A stretch of 64,000 bases of DNA from Chloroflexota bacterium (GCA_050257635.1 JBLMXG010000190.1:3992-67991); one strand, 5' to 3'; shown: positions 27,300-38,832, counted from the first letter of the stretch. The notes: generated from the letters alone by a model not told the origin. Program-made: numbers and translations.

Positions 27300-27890
27300 T
27301 CACTGGGCCAAACCCAAGAGCTGCCTGCCGTAAAGGTTGACAAGCTGGTCGCGCTCTTCGGACGGCGCCAAGTTTTTCAGTCGATCTTCGATACGGCCGC
27401 GCTCCTCTTGTTTCAGGTCGCTCCAGCGCTCCAGCTCTTTTTGCAACTTGTCACGCTCGTTTTCTGTAAGTGGCGCTGTCGGCTCGTTTTTGACAGCCGG
27501 AACGGCCGCGTCGCCACTATTCTCCCGCGCGCCCAGAACGACGGCGCGGCGGGGATGCCCTTGTTCGTCGTAAAGCAGCGCGAAGTTTTTATAACCGATC
27601 TTTGAAATCAACGATCGCACGGCGGGCTCCAGCGGCTGGCGCTGGAGCTTGAGATTCACCACTTTGATGTCGGGCGTCGAGGGAACGACGATCTGAAAAC
27701 CGGTCTTGGCTTGAATCGCGTAAAGCGCAAAAGTGACCGGCGTCTGGTCAAAGTCGACGGAAATCTCGCCGTTGCGGTAATCGACCCATGGACGATAAAA
27801 ATCCTCCGAGTCGGTTTGGGCGATGGCCGACGTATTTAGCCTGACAATGAGAACCGCGAGGGGGAGGACGATTCGGAATATAGGCTTCAT
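27300..27890 (-). CDS. Hypothetical secreted protein
   Basis: Signal peptide MKPIFRIVLPLAVLIVRLNTSAIAQ. The C-terminus is a charged helical region. No confident family assignment. Confidence 0.6.
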   Translation of the reverse strand: MKPIFRIVLPLAVLIVRLNTSAIAQTDSEDFYRPWVDYRNGEISVDFDQTPVTFALYAIQAKTGFQIVVPSTPDIKVVNLKLQRQPLEPAVRSLISKIGYKNFALLYDEQGHPRRAVVLGARENSGDAAVPAVKNEPTAPLTENERDKLQKELERWSDLKQEERGRIEDRLKNLAPSEERDQLVNLYGRQLLGLAQ

Positions 27891-28144
27891 AGCGCTGACC
27901 TCGGCTAACCCTCAACTACAGCAACCCCTATACCTCTTCGCCGAGCGCGCACGAGCACCCTAAAATCACTCATTTGGCAAAATTGTTCCATCAGTGTGCC
28001 GAAGGGTGTGCAGTTTGGAACAAAATTGCACTGAGAAGGCAATCTAAATTTTGGGCAAATTCAGCACGGCACTAAAAAACGACAGGCCCAAGTTCGTTCG
28101 ACTGGGGCCCCCCGCATAGATGAATGCGCTTGATGCTCGACAGA

Positions 28145-29170
28145 CTATACGCCGCCAAAACCCTCGTCCTGCGCTTCGGCGAGAAGCCACGGGTCTTTGA
28201 CCTCGGTGGTCGGACCTTTCCCGCTCAACACGTTGACGACCTCACGCGCGGCGTGGGTCTGACAATCGATGTAGGACTCGTCCGAATTTGCTGCCGTGTG
28301 GCAGGTGACGATGACGTTGGGCAGGGTCAAGAGTTTGTGATCTGCGGGCAACGGCTCGGGGTCGGTAACGTCCAGTGCGGCGCCCGCCAATTCGCCCGCA
28401 GTCAGAGCGTCATAAAGCGCGTCCGAGTCGACCAGGCCGCCGCGGGCACAGTTGATCAGATAAGCGGTGTTTTTCATCGCCTTGAACTGCGGCATGCTGA
28501 ACATCTTGCGCGTCTGCCTGGTGAGCGGGGCGTGCAAGCTGATGAAGTCGGAAGTTTTCACCAGCTCGTCAAAGGAAACCATTTTGACCCTCATCTTTTC
28601 AGCAATCTTGGGATCGAGATACGGGTCGTAGGTTTGCACGTTTAAGCACATGCCTTGGGCGCGCGGGGCGACTTGTTTGCCGACGTGGCCGAGACCGACG
28701 ATGCCCATGGTGCGGCCCTGAATGCGGTACACGCGGCCGCGATAAGCGTGCAACTCGGCGGTGTGGCGCCGCCATTTGCCGTCGCGCACGTACTGATTCA
28801 TGCGCATGAGCTTGCGCGAGATTGCGATCAATAAGCCGATAGCTTGCTCCGAGACCTCGATGGAATTGCAGCCGGCGGCATTGCAGATGATCAAGCCATG
28901 TTCCTTGGCCGCGGCGAGGTCCATGCGGTCGACGCCGACACCGGTGCGGCAGATCACTTTGGTGCGCTTGAGCTGCGCGATGATTTCGCGCGACAGTGGC
29001 ACCGAGCCGTGCATGATGATGCCGTCGGCGTCTTTGCCCATCTCCACGACTTCGGCGTCGTTGGTCGGGCGGCGGATCGTCATGTCTGCGTCGATCTCGG
29101 CCAAAATCGGTTTGATGAGATCCACCGGCACGTCGTTGCTGCCGAAGTACACTACGTGAAACTTGCCCAT
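28145..29170 (-). CDS. D-isomer-specific 2-hydroxyacid dehydrogenase family protein
   Basis: Start ATG 29170 (GGAGG SD), 5 nt after the upstream gene's stop. NAD motif GIVGLGHVGKQVA. ...NCARGGLVD...AALDV.... Confidence 0.85.
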   Translation of the reverse strand: MGKFHVVYFGSNDVPVDLIKPILAEIDADMTIRRPTNDAEVVEMGKDADGIIMHGSVPLSREIIAQLKRTKVICRTGVGVDRMDLAAAKEHGLIICNAAGCNSIEVSEQAIGLLIAISRKLMRMNQYVRDGKWRRHTAELHAYRGRVYRIQGRTMGIVGLGHVGKQVAPRAQGMCLNVQTYDPYLDPKIAEKMRVKMVSFDELVKTSDFISLHAPLTRQTRKMFSMPQFKAMKNTAYLINCARGGLVDSDALYDALTAGELAGAALDVTDPEPLPADHKLLTLPNVIVTCHTAANSDESYIDCQTHAAREVVNVLSGKGPTTEVKDPWLLAEAQDEGFGGV

Positions 29171-29175
29171 TTCCG

Positions 29176-30312
29176 TTAAACCTCCAGTCCGTATAGGCGC
29201 AGCGGATTGTCCCATAAAATTTTCCGCCGCGCTTCGGTCGCAATATGATCGTTCTTGGTGAGATCGCCCACGGTGCGATCGGGAAATTTGCCGATGCAAT
29301 CGCTATGCGGGTAATCGGTGGCGATGGTCAGATAATCGGCGCCGACATGCTCGACAAACGCCGGCGCGAGCTCTTCGCCGGCTTCGCAGCTCGCCCAGCA
29401 CTGCCGCTTGAAATAATAGCTGGGCTTTTCCTTGGTAACCTTCGCCCGGCCGTGCCCTTCATGCTCCCAATGCTCGTCCATCCGCTCAAGCCAAAACGGC
29501 ACCCAGCCGCAGCCCGATTCGAGATAAGCGACTTTAAGCTCGGGAAATTTTTCCAGCACGCCGTCGGCGCAAAAATTCAAGCTCGCGAGCATTTGCTCAA
29601 GCGGATGACAGGCGATATGGCGGCCGAACTCGCTGTAGCGGTCCGAGCCGGCTTGCGGAAGCACGGTGCGCGCCCCTTCATGCACGCAGACCGCGACGCC
29701 GAGATCAGCGGCGGTTTCATAGATCGGAAAATAATCCGGGCTCGACAGCGTGCGGCCGCAGAGCTTGTTCGGCCGCCAGAAAATGCCGACATGGCCGAGC
29801 TTCTCCTTGGCGTAACGCAGTTCCTCGACGGCGCGCGCCGGATCTTGCAGCGGGATCAGACAGACGCCGTGCAGCCGCTCGGGATCAGCGCTGCAATAGT
29901 CGGCGAGCCAGGTGTTGTAGGCCCGGCAGATCGCCGCGCTCAACTCGGGATCGAGGTTGTCGCGCCACATAATATAGAGACCGAGCGTCGGAAAAAGCAC
30001 GCTCACGTCGACGCCTTCGCGGTCCATGTCGCGCAAGTTGGACGGCGCGTCGAATTTCGCTGCCAAAGCGTCGGCAAAAGTCTCGCGCCAGCGTTTCGAT
30101 CCGGCAAAAGTAAAGCCGAAATCCTCCTGCTTCGAAGTGTCGCGCAGTTTGTCGGCGTCGGAAATCGGTTCGCCGTCGATGGAGCGGCGCGACTGGTTGG
30201 GCCCTTCGATCTTCACCCGGTTGCGAAATTTCGCGGGCAAATAGTTTTCAAACAAGTCGCTCGGCTCCAGCACGTGGCGGTCGGCGTCGATGACCTTGAA
30301 TCCGTTTAGCAT
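29176..30312 (-). CDS. Amidohydrolase_2 family protein
   Basis: Start ATG 30312 (GAGGAG SD): MLNGFKVIDADRHVLEP...ATDYPHSD. Confidence 0.85.
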   Translation of the reverse strand: MLNGFKVIDADRHVLEPSDLFENYLPAKFRNRVKIEGPNQSRRSIDGEPISDADKLRDTSKQEDFGFTFAGSKRWRETFADALAAKFDAPSNLRDMDREGVDVSVLFPTLGLYIMWRDNLDPELSAAICRAYNTWLADYCSADPERLHGVCLIPLQDPARAVEELRYAKEKLGHVGIFWRPNKLCGRTLSSPDYFPIYETAADLGVAVCVHEGARTVLPQAGSDRYSEFGRHIACHPLEQMLASLNFCADGVLEKFPELKVAYLESGCGWVPFWLERMDEHWEHEGHGRAKVTKEKPSYYFKRQCWASCEAGEELAPAFVEHVGADYLTIATDYPHSDCIGKFPDRTVGDLTKNDHIATEARRKILWDNPLRLYGLEV

Positions 30313-30455
30313 GATCGAACTCCTCGCTTGATTCTTGAACGGTTGGCGCGCAGCGAGATGTGAGCCAAACCGACAAATAGCCGCGCGTCCCATTATTCAT
30401 AGGATGAGTTTACGAAGGGAGTCAACAGGAGGAAAGCAGGCGCGAAGTTTAAGGC

Positions 30456-30469
30456 GTGAGGCATGAGGC
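30456..30469. repeat. Two heptamer units gtGAGGC atGAGGC (same family as 1946-1973)
   Basis: Read directly in the 30313-30578 divergent intergenic region. Confidence 0.4.
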
Positions 30470-30578
30470 GGGATTTTCCAGAACGATCGCGTTGCGATCG
30501 TTCGGCTGCCACATTGTTTAGAATCGGCTGCGATCATAGACGGCGCAGGCGCAGACGTAGTAGATTACGGGCTCCCCT

Positions 30579-32258
30579 ATGAATGTTCGTCGCACGCGCT
30601 TGACCACCGGTTTGATCCTGCTCACCTACCTGACAACGCACCTGCTCAATCATGCCCTTGGTCTGATCTCACTCGGCGCCATGGAAACCGGACGAGAATG
30701 GTTCCTGGCGCTGTGGCGCAACCCGGTCGGAACGGCGCTTTTGTATGGGTCGTTGCTGACCCATTTCTCGCTCGCCCTCTGGTCGCTCTATCAACGCCGT
30801 CATCTGCGCATTCCTTTGTGGGAGGCGCTGCAACTGACCCTGGGCTTGTCGATTCCGCCGCTGCTCTCGCTACACTTCGTCGGCACGCGCATGCAGCATG
30901 AATGGTTCGGCGTCGAAGACTCCTATTCGTTGCTTGTGCTCACCCTCTGGTACGCCTCACCCTGGGACGGCCTGAAACAGACGCTGCTGATTACCGTCGC
31001 CTGGCTGCATGGCTGCATCGGCTTCCATTTTTGGTTGCGATTGCGATCTTGGTACGGCCGGGTGGCGCCTAGCCTTCTCGGCTGCGCCCTCCTTTTGCCG
31101 GTGCTCGGTCTCCTCGGCTTTTCCCAAGCGGGTCACGAGGTCGACAACCTGATCGCGCGCGAGCCCGATTGGATCGAGCGGGTTCTGGCGCAAGCCAAAG
31201 TCCCGCCACGCAGTCAACGGGATTCTATTTACCGTCTCGATGACGCGATCATTGCGACCTATGGGTTCGCTGTCGTGCTGACGCTGCTCGCCCGCGTTGC
31301 CCGCGACCTGGCCGAGCGGCGGCGCCGGATTCGCATTACCTATCCTGCGGGACGCGAAGTGCAGGCGCCGCGCGGCTTCTCGGTTCTGGAAGCGAGCCGC
31401 TTTGCCGGCATTCCCCACGCCTCGGTCTGCGGCGGGCGCGGCCGTTGCTCGACTTGCCGCATTCGCGTCACTCAAGGCTTGTCGAGGCAACCGCCGCCAG
31501 GCGCCGCCGAACAAAGAGTGCTCCAACGCGTCGGCGCACCGCCCAACGTTCGCCTGGCTTGCCAGCTTCGGCCGACGGACAATATTTCCATCACGCCGCT
31601 GGTGCCGGCCACGGCGCGAGCGAGCGACGGTTATGCTCAGCCGTCGTATCTGGCCGGCCAAGAGCGCACCATCGCCGTGTTGTTCGCCGACCTGCGCACC
31701 TTTACCGGCATCGCCGAGCAAAAGCTGCCCTATGATCTAGTTTTTCTGTTAAACAGTTATTTCGAAGCCGTGGGCGAGTGCATCCTCCAGGCCGGCGGCA
31801 CCGTCGATAAATTCATCGGCGACGGTGTCATGGCCTTGTTCGGCGTTGAAAGCGGGCCGCAATCGGGCTGCCGGCAAGCGCTGGCGGCGGCGGTGCGCAT
31901 GGTCGAGCAAGTCAAAGCATTGAGCGAGGCGCTCGCCGGCGAGCTTGCCGAACCGCTGAAGATCGGCATCGGGATTCACTGCGGGCCGGCGGTGGTCGGT
32001 CGCATGGGTTATGGCTCGACCATTCATCTCACGGCGATCGGCGATACCGTGAACGTGGCCAGCCGGCTGCAAGATCTGACCAAGGAGTACGCGTGCTCGC
32101 TGGTCGTTTCGGAAGAAGTCGCTGCGCAAGCAGGGTTGCAGGTGACCGGTTTGCCACGGCACGCGATCACGGTGCGCAATCGCCGCGAAATGCTCACCAT
32201 ATTCGTCGTCGACGATGGTGCCGCTCTTGAGATTCGCCAGAACGCACCGGTGACTTAG
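30579..32258 (+). CDS. Membrane-anchored class III adenylate/guanylate cyclase with an internal plant-type [2Fe-2S] ferredoxin domain
   Basis: N-terminal half of about 230 aa with multiple hydrophobic helices and several His. CGGRGRCSTCRIRV...LACQ ferredoxin motif. Cyclase motifs VLFADLRTFTGIAE and KFIGDGVMALFG. Confidence 0.85.
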   Translation: MNVRRTRLTTGLILLTYLTTHLLNHALGLISLGAMETGREWFLALWRNPVGTALLYGSLLTHFSLALWSLYQRRHLRIPLWEALQLTLGLSIPPLLSLHFVGTRMQHEWFGVEDSYSLLVLTLWYASPWDGLKQTLLITVAWLHGCIGFHFWLRLRSWYGRVAPSLLGCALLLPVLGLLGFSQAGHEVDNLIAREPDWIERVLAQAKVPPRSQRDSIYRLDDAIIATYGFAVVLTLLARVARDLAERRRRIRITYPAGREVQAPRGFSVLEASRFAGIPHASVCGGRGRCSTCRIRVTQGLSRQPPPGAAEQRVLQRVGAPPNVRLACQLRPTDNISITPLVPATARASDGYAQPSYLAGQERTIAVLFADLRTFTGIAEQKLPYDLVFLLNSYFEAVGECILQAGGTVDKFIGDGVMALFGVESGPQSGCRQALAAAVRMVEQVKALSEALAGELAEPLKIGIGIHCGPAVVGRMGYGSTIHLTAIGDTVNVASRLQDLTKEYACSLVVSEEVAAQAGLQVTGLPRHAITVRNRREMLTIFVVDDGAALEIRQNAPVT

Positions 32259-32369
32259 AGCCTCACCTTGCTGCCGCGCCCGATCCTACCGTTACAAGAA
32301 CATGCGGATAGGCGACAGCATCTCCCGGACGGAAAGGACATGAAAAGACTCGATCGCGATAACGTAATC

Positions 32370-32948
32370 TCAATCGAATTTAACGACCGGCGCCAGCCCA
32401 GCCGATGTGTCGCCGAGCACGGCGCCGTGGTCAATGCCGAGGGTTTTGATCCAGCGCTGCTGGCCGAGGGTGAGGCCGATGAAAAAGCCCAGCTCGACCA
32501 ACTCGGGGATGGTGAAGTGCCGATGGAGTTTTTCCCACAGCGCGGCGTCGGCGATGTCGGAGTTCCAAGCGATCGCGCTGGTATAGGTCAGCGCGACTTT
32601 CTCTCGTTCGGTGAACTTGTCCGAGTCGGTGAAGTTGAGCAGCTCATCGTACTTTTCTTCGGTGAGGCCTTGCCGTCCAGCCTGGACGGAGCGCTGCACG
32701 CCTCAATATTCGCACTGGATCGATTTCGAAACGTAGACTCGGCATAGCTCTTTGAGCGCGTGATCGACAACGCCGTTGCGGAAGGTGAGATCCCAAGCCT
32801 GAGAGAAAGCGCGGATGACATTGGGAACATGAGCGCGCACCGCTTGGCTTTCCGGGCGAGGCGTGCCTTCTCGGCGTGCCCGTTCGAGATAACCTTTGAT
32901 CTCGGGATCGCTCACCGTTTCGGGATCGACATAAGGAATGTGTGGCAT
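32370..32948 (-). CDS. Carboxymuconolactone decarboxylase (AhpD-like) family selenoprotein, in-frame UGA at 32705-32703 (C-E-Y-U motif)
   Basis: Track ORFs 32703..32948 and 32370..32699 are in the same frame, separated only by TGA. The joined product ...LKELCRVYVSKSIQCEY-U-GVQRSVQAGRQGLTEEKYDELL...ELVELGFFIGL... is colinear with CMD/AhpD-like proteins. The UGA sits where the second Cys of CxxC normally is. Confidence 0.75.
32673..32689 (-). promoter_or_regulatory. Candidate SECIS hairpin for the CMD-family UGA
   Basis: Sense strand CCGUCCA-GGC-UGGACGG: 7-bp perfect stem and GGC loop. It starts 13 nt after the UGA. Confidence 0.4.
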
Positions 32949-33023
32949 GGGTCATCTCCACTCGGCTGGCACTCGCTGGCACTGCTACAGACCAACAATT
33001 GCGCGGCCCCAGCTTAAACTTTT

Positions 33024-33515
33024 TTATTTCTCAGCAGACTCTTCCCACTCTTTTAAGATCTGATTCAACTGCTCGCGGATCTCGGCATCGCTCTTGGTCA
33101 GATCCATCGGCTTGCCGAAGGGCTGTGGCACATCAAAGCCGCTCGGCCAGTAGACTTCTACCGAATTGCCGTCGGGATCCTGGGCGTAGACGCTGACGGT
33201 GTTGCCGTGGCTGACGACGCGGTTGATCGGCACCCGGTTGTCGACGAAAGTATGGTAGAAATTTTTGACGTCCTTTAACGTCGCGCAGCGGAAAGAGATT
33301 TGCTGCAGAATATTAACGTTGCCCTCGTCGCTGCGTCCCGGCGCTAACAGCAACTCATGATGTTCCAGCGCGCGGTCCTGCGCGGTCATAAAAACTCCGC
33401 CGCGCGGGCTGCGATCGCTCACTTGCAAGCCGAGGATGTCGCGGTAGAAGGCGACCGAACGCTCGATGTCCCGGACGTAAACGCCGACGTGGCCCAGCGA
33501 ACTGACTTTCGGCAT
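33024..33515 (-). CDS. VOC family protein (glyoxalase/extradiol dioxygenase-like)
   Basis: LGHVGVYVRDIERSVAFYRDILGL...HHELLL...VYAQDPDGNSVEVY. Confidence 0.85.
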   Translation of the reverse strand: MPKVSSLGHVGVYVRDIERSVAFYRDILGLQVSDRSPRGGVFMTAQDRALEHHELLLAPGRSDEGNVNILQQISFRCATLKDVKNFYHTFVDNRVPINRVVSHGNTVSVYAQDPDGNSVEVYWPSGFDVPQPFGKPMDLTKSDAEIREQLNQILKEWEESAEK

Positions 33516-33622
33516 AGGACCTCCTTCGGATCGAGGGATTGTTAAATTTTCGCAGCGGGGCTGTCAACGCCTGCGGCCGCGACGCGGGCCAGTTGAAAAA
33601 AACCGCTCCGAATCTCCAACAA

Positions 33623-35260
<1,638 letters not shown>

Positions 35261-35414
35261 GGCTTATGGCGGCAATTTGATAACCCGTAGCATGAAAAGC
35301 AGTGGCCGTCGACGTGGGCCGATGCGAGGTCACTTTCAGTCTGGTCAGAGAGGCGCTGCTTTGCTAGAAGAAGTCCGGAGTAAAAACTGCTAACAGATGA
35401 TTGGGGAGGGATTT

Positions 35415-36767
35415 ATGGACGTAACAAAAACAATCGCCCGCTTTGCAACCGGGTTGAAGTTCGACACCGTTCCCGTCGCGGCGGTGCAGACAGCCAAAAC
35501 GGCCGTACGCGATTGCCTCGGCGTGGCCCTCGCCGGTAGCCAGGAGGAAGACGGCAAAATCTGTGCCGCGGTCGTGCGCGACGAGAATGCCAGAGAAGAA
35601 ACCACGGTCATCGGTCAAGGCTTCAAGACCTCCGCGTTGAACGGGGCGCTGGCCAACGGCACGGCGGCGCATGCGCTCGACTTCGACCATAGTTTCACTT
35701 TGATGGGCCAGCCCACCGCGCCGATCGTGCCCGCGGTCTTCGCCCTCGGCGAAGCGCTTGGCGCCAGCGGGCGGCAAGTGATCGAAGCCTATGTGGTCGG
35801 TTACGAGGTCACTGCCAAGCTCGCGCATTCCCTGCGCGACAGCGCCCATGACGGCTGGCACGCGCCCAGCGCGTTGGGCTCTTTTGGCGCCGCGGCGGCC
35901 TGCGGCAAACTGCTTGGCTTGAGCGCGGCGCAAATCGAAATGGCGCTCGGTATCGTCGCGTCGATGGCGAGCGGCGTGGTGGCTAACTTCGGCACTATGA
36001 CCAAACCGCTTCACACCGGTCTCGGCGCGCGCAATGGCGTGCTCGCCGCCAAACTCGCGCGCGGCGGCTACACGGCAAACGGCAGAGCAATCGAAGCCGC
36101 GGGCGGTTTTTATCAGATCTATCATCAAGGGGCGGCGATCAACGAGGCGGCCATCGATGAGCTGGGGCGCTCCTTCGCTCTTTTAACCGACGGCTTGAGA
36201 ATCAAACCTTATCCTTGCGGCGGTCTCACCCATCAAGTGATCGACGCCGTGCTCGACATCAGAGCCCAGCATGGCCTCACCGCCGAGATGATCGAAGCGG
36301 TGGACGTCGATGTGGTCAAGCATACCTTCGATCGCATCGTCTTCCGCGTGCCGCAAACCGGCATTCAGGGAAAATTCTGCATGCCTTATCTGGTGGCGCG
36401 GGCGATCATCGACGGCAAGGTCGGTATTCACGCGTTCACCGATCAGGCGGTGCGCGATCCGGCGGTTTTGAAACTCGGCGAACGGGTGCGGATGAACCTC
36501 GATCCCAATCTAAAAAAGACCGATTTGAGCGGCCGCCCTTGCCGAACCACGATCCGTTTGAAAAACGGCCGGACATTTTCCCACGAGGCGCAACATGCCA
36601 AAGGCGGTCCCGAGCATCCCTTGACCGAGGAAGAACTCAGAGCGAAGTTTCGCGATTGCGCAGAGCAAGCCGTCGACCCAGCCGCAGCCGAACGGGCCTT
36701 GGCCGAGATCGAGCGTTTGGATGAACTTCCTAGCATCGCTCCGCTTTGCGATATTCTGCGCGGATGA
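35415..36767 (+). CDS. MmgE/PrpD family protein
   Basis: Start ATG 35415 after GGGGAGGG. MDVTKTIARFATGLKFDTVP...AHALDFDH... is typical of the family. Confidence 0.85.
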   Translation: MDVTKTIARFATGLKFDTVPVAAVQTAKTAVRDCLGVALAGSQEEDGKICAAVVRDENAREETTVIGQGFKTSALNGALANGTAAHALDFDHSFTLMGQPTAPIVPAVFALGEALGASGRQVIEAYVVGYEVTAKLAHSLRDSAHDGWHAPSALGSFGAAAACGKLLGLSAAQIEMALGIVASMASGVVANFGTMTKPLHTGLGARNGVLAAKLARGGYTANGRAIEAAGGFYQIYHQGAAINEAAIDELGRSFALLTDGLRIKPYPCGGLTHQVIDAVLDIRAQHGLTAEMIEAVDVDVVKHTFDRIVFRVPQTGIQGKFCMPYLVARAIIDGKVGIHAFTDQAVRDPAVLKLGERVRMNLDPNLKKTDLSGRPCRTTIRLKNGRTFSHEAQHAKGGPEHPLTEEELRAKFRDCAEQAVDPAAAERALAEIERLDELPSIAPLCDILRG

Positions 36768-36896
36768 TCGGCGCTTTCGTCTCGCAGCCAAAGAATTGGC
36801 CAACCGGAACGAACACGATTTGCCTCCGGCGGCGAATTGACGTTATATCTTTTCTGGCTCAATCGCTCGGCATTTGCAGTCTGGAGGTTTCGCTTC

Positions 36897-38333
36897 ATGC
36901 CCATCAGAACAGGGGCGCAGTACGTCAGCGGGTTGCGCGACGGCCGCGAGGTCTGGCATGCCGGACGACGCATCGCCGACGTGACGGCGCATTCCGGCTT
37001 TACCGGCACGATCAGAACCCTGGCCGATATCTATAACAAACAGCATGACCCGGAGTATCGGGATATCATGACCGTCGAGCACGATGGCGAGCGCATCTCT
37101 TACAGCTATTTTCCCCCCCGGGATCGCGAGCAACTGGCGCGCAAGCGGCGCAACATCGAGTTTTGGTCCGAGCAGACCTTCGGGCAAATGGGGCGTTACC
37201 CGGAGTTCGTCGCCGAGCTCGTCGTCGGATTGCTCGACTGGACCCATGTCATCGAAAAAAGCAATCCCCAATGGGCGGAAAACGCCCGCGCCTATCATCG
37301 CGATGTAAGCCGTAAGGATCTTTGCCTGACCCACGCGCTCACCGACCAATATTATGACCGGACCAAGCGGGTGAGCGAGCAGGAAGATCCCGACTTGATC
37401 CTGCATATCGTCGGCGAGACCAAAAGAGGGCCGGTGGTGCGCGGCCTGCGTACGCTGGCGACGCTGGCGCCGATCTCGGATGAAGTGTTGGTCTACCCCA
37501 ATCGGCCGCGCGATCCCGACGAGCCGGACTATGCCATCGCCTTCGCCATTCCGATGAACGCGCCGGGACTGAAGATGGTTTGCCGCGATCTTTACGCCGA
37601 GCACGCCGATCCCGAACGCTATCCGTTAACCACGCGCTTCGACGAAGTCGACGCCGCGCTGATTTTCGACGACGTCGTGGTGCCTTGGGAAAGGGTGTTC
37701 GTTTACAAGGACCCAAAGCTCCTGGCCGGTATCAATTACATCCACACCTGGGGCCAGTACTCGACGATGCTGCGGCTTGTTACAAAGTTGGAAGGCTTCC
37801 TCGGTATTGCCCAACTATTGACGCAATACGCCAAACGGCAGTCGACGGGTTCGTCGCAGCTATTGCTCTCGTCGTTGATGCAAGATATTGAAATTCTGCG
37901 CTCGTGCATTCAAGCCGGCGAAATGAGGGGTTATCTGAGCCCGGGCGGAACCTGGGCGCCGCTCTTGAGCCCCGCTTATCGCGTGCACAGCATCGAAGCC
38001 TCGGATCGCGCTGAGCGAACCCTGGAAGGTTTACTGACCAGCACGCTCATGTTAAGCGGCGGCGCCTCCGATCTCGCCAGTCAAGAAATTGGTCCCTTCA
38101 TCGAGCGCTACTTTCGCGGCGGCGCACCCAGTACGAAGGATCATCTGCGCTTGATGGCGATCGCCGCCGATATGGTCATGAGCCCCTTCGGCAAACGCAG
38201 CCAGCTTTACGAGCGCCTGCAGAGCGGCGAGCTCGACCGCATGCGCCAGCGCCTCTACGGGCAGTCCAAAGATCCCCGTCCCGCCGAGCGTATGCTGCGA
38301 TTCATCAAAAACATGGAGACCGGGCGCCGGTAA
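36897..38333 (+). CDS. 4-hydroxyphenylacetate 3-hydroxylase (HpaB) family flavin-dependent oxygenase component
   Basis: Start ATG 36897 (GGAGG SD). MPIRTGAQYVSGLRDGREVWHAGRRIADVTAH... is typical of the HpaB N-terminus. Confidence 0.85.
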   Translation: MPIRTGAQYVSGLRDGREVWHAGRRIADVTAHSGFTGTIRTLADIYNKQHDPEYRDIMTVEHDGERISYSYFPPRDREQLARKRRNIEFWSEQTFGQMGRYPEFVAELVVGLLDWTHVIEKSNPQWAENARAYHRDVSRKDLCLTHALTDQYYDRTKRVSEQEDPDLILHIVGETKRGPVVRGLRTLATLAPISDEVLVYPNRPRDPDEPDYAIAFAIPMNAPGLKMVCRDLYAEHADPERYPLTTRFDEVDAALIFDDVVVPWERVFVYKDPKLLAGINYIHTWGQYSTMLRLVTKLEGFLGIAQLLTQYAKRQSTGSSQLLLSSLMQDIEILRSCIQAGEMRGYLSPGGTWAPLLSPAYRVHSIEASDRAERTLEGLLTSTLMLSGGASDLASQEIGPFIERYFRGGAPSTKDHLRLMAIAADMVMSPFGKRSQLYERLQSGELDRMRQRLYGQSKDPRPAERMLRFIKNMETGRR

Positions 38334-38358
38334 TTTCTTTTCCAGCAGCGCCCCCGCT

Positions 38359-38832
38359 ATGAATAAACCGAAAAAGCAAAAAAAAATCAGTAGAAATTTC
38401 GCCGTGCGCCGCTCGCCGATCCATGGCCGGGGCGTGTTCGCGTTAAAAGCCATCCCCAAAGGCAAGCGCATCGTCGAGTATAAGGGCGAGCTGATCTCCG
38501 ACGCCGAAGCCGATCGACGTTACAGCCGCATCCATGAGAGTTCGCCGCACACGATGCTTTTCTCCGTGGACGGCGGCCTGGTCATCGACGCCACCCGGCG
38601 CGGCAACTCGGCGCGCTGGATCAATCATTCCTGCGCGCCCAACTGCGAGATCGCCGAGGAAGGCGCGCGCGTCTTCATCGATGCGGGCCGTAACATTCAA
38701 CCGGGAGAAGAGCTGACCTACGATTACAACTTGCAGATCGGCGAGCGCCATACCCAAGCGGCGAAACGGGAGCATGCCTGCTTCTGCGGCGCACGCCGTT
38801 GCCGCGGTACCATGCTCGGCGAAGAAGAGTAA
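38359..38832 (+). CDS. SET domain protein-lysine methyltransferase-like protein
   Basis: SPIHGRGVFA, RWINHSCAPNC, ELTYDY, and a post-SET Cys cluster CFCGARRCRG. Confidence 0.85.
   Translation: MNKPKKQKKISRNFAVRRSPIHGRGVFALKAIPKGKRIVEYKGELISDAEADRRYSRIHESSPHTMLFSVDGGLVIDATRRGNSARWINHSCAPNCEIAEEGARVFIDAGRNIQPGEELTYDYNLQIGERHTQAAKREHACFCGARRCRGTMLGEEE

Noticed and set aside
27975-28030. Sigma54-like elements: TGGCAaaattgTTCCA and TGGAACaaaaTTGCA, with the rc reading TGGAACaattTTGCC upstream of the 27890 gene.
   Set aside because: The GG-to-GC spacing is one nt shorter than the -24/-12 consensus in every reading, and the plus-strand copies have no downstream gene. A repeated CAAAATTG octamer is present, but I cannot support a function for it.
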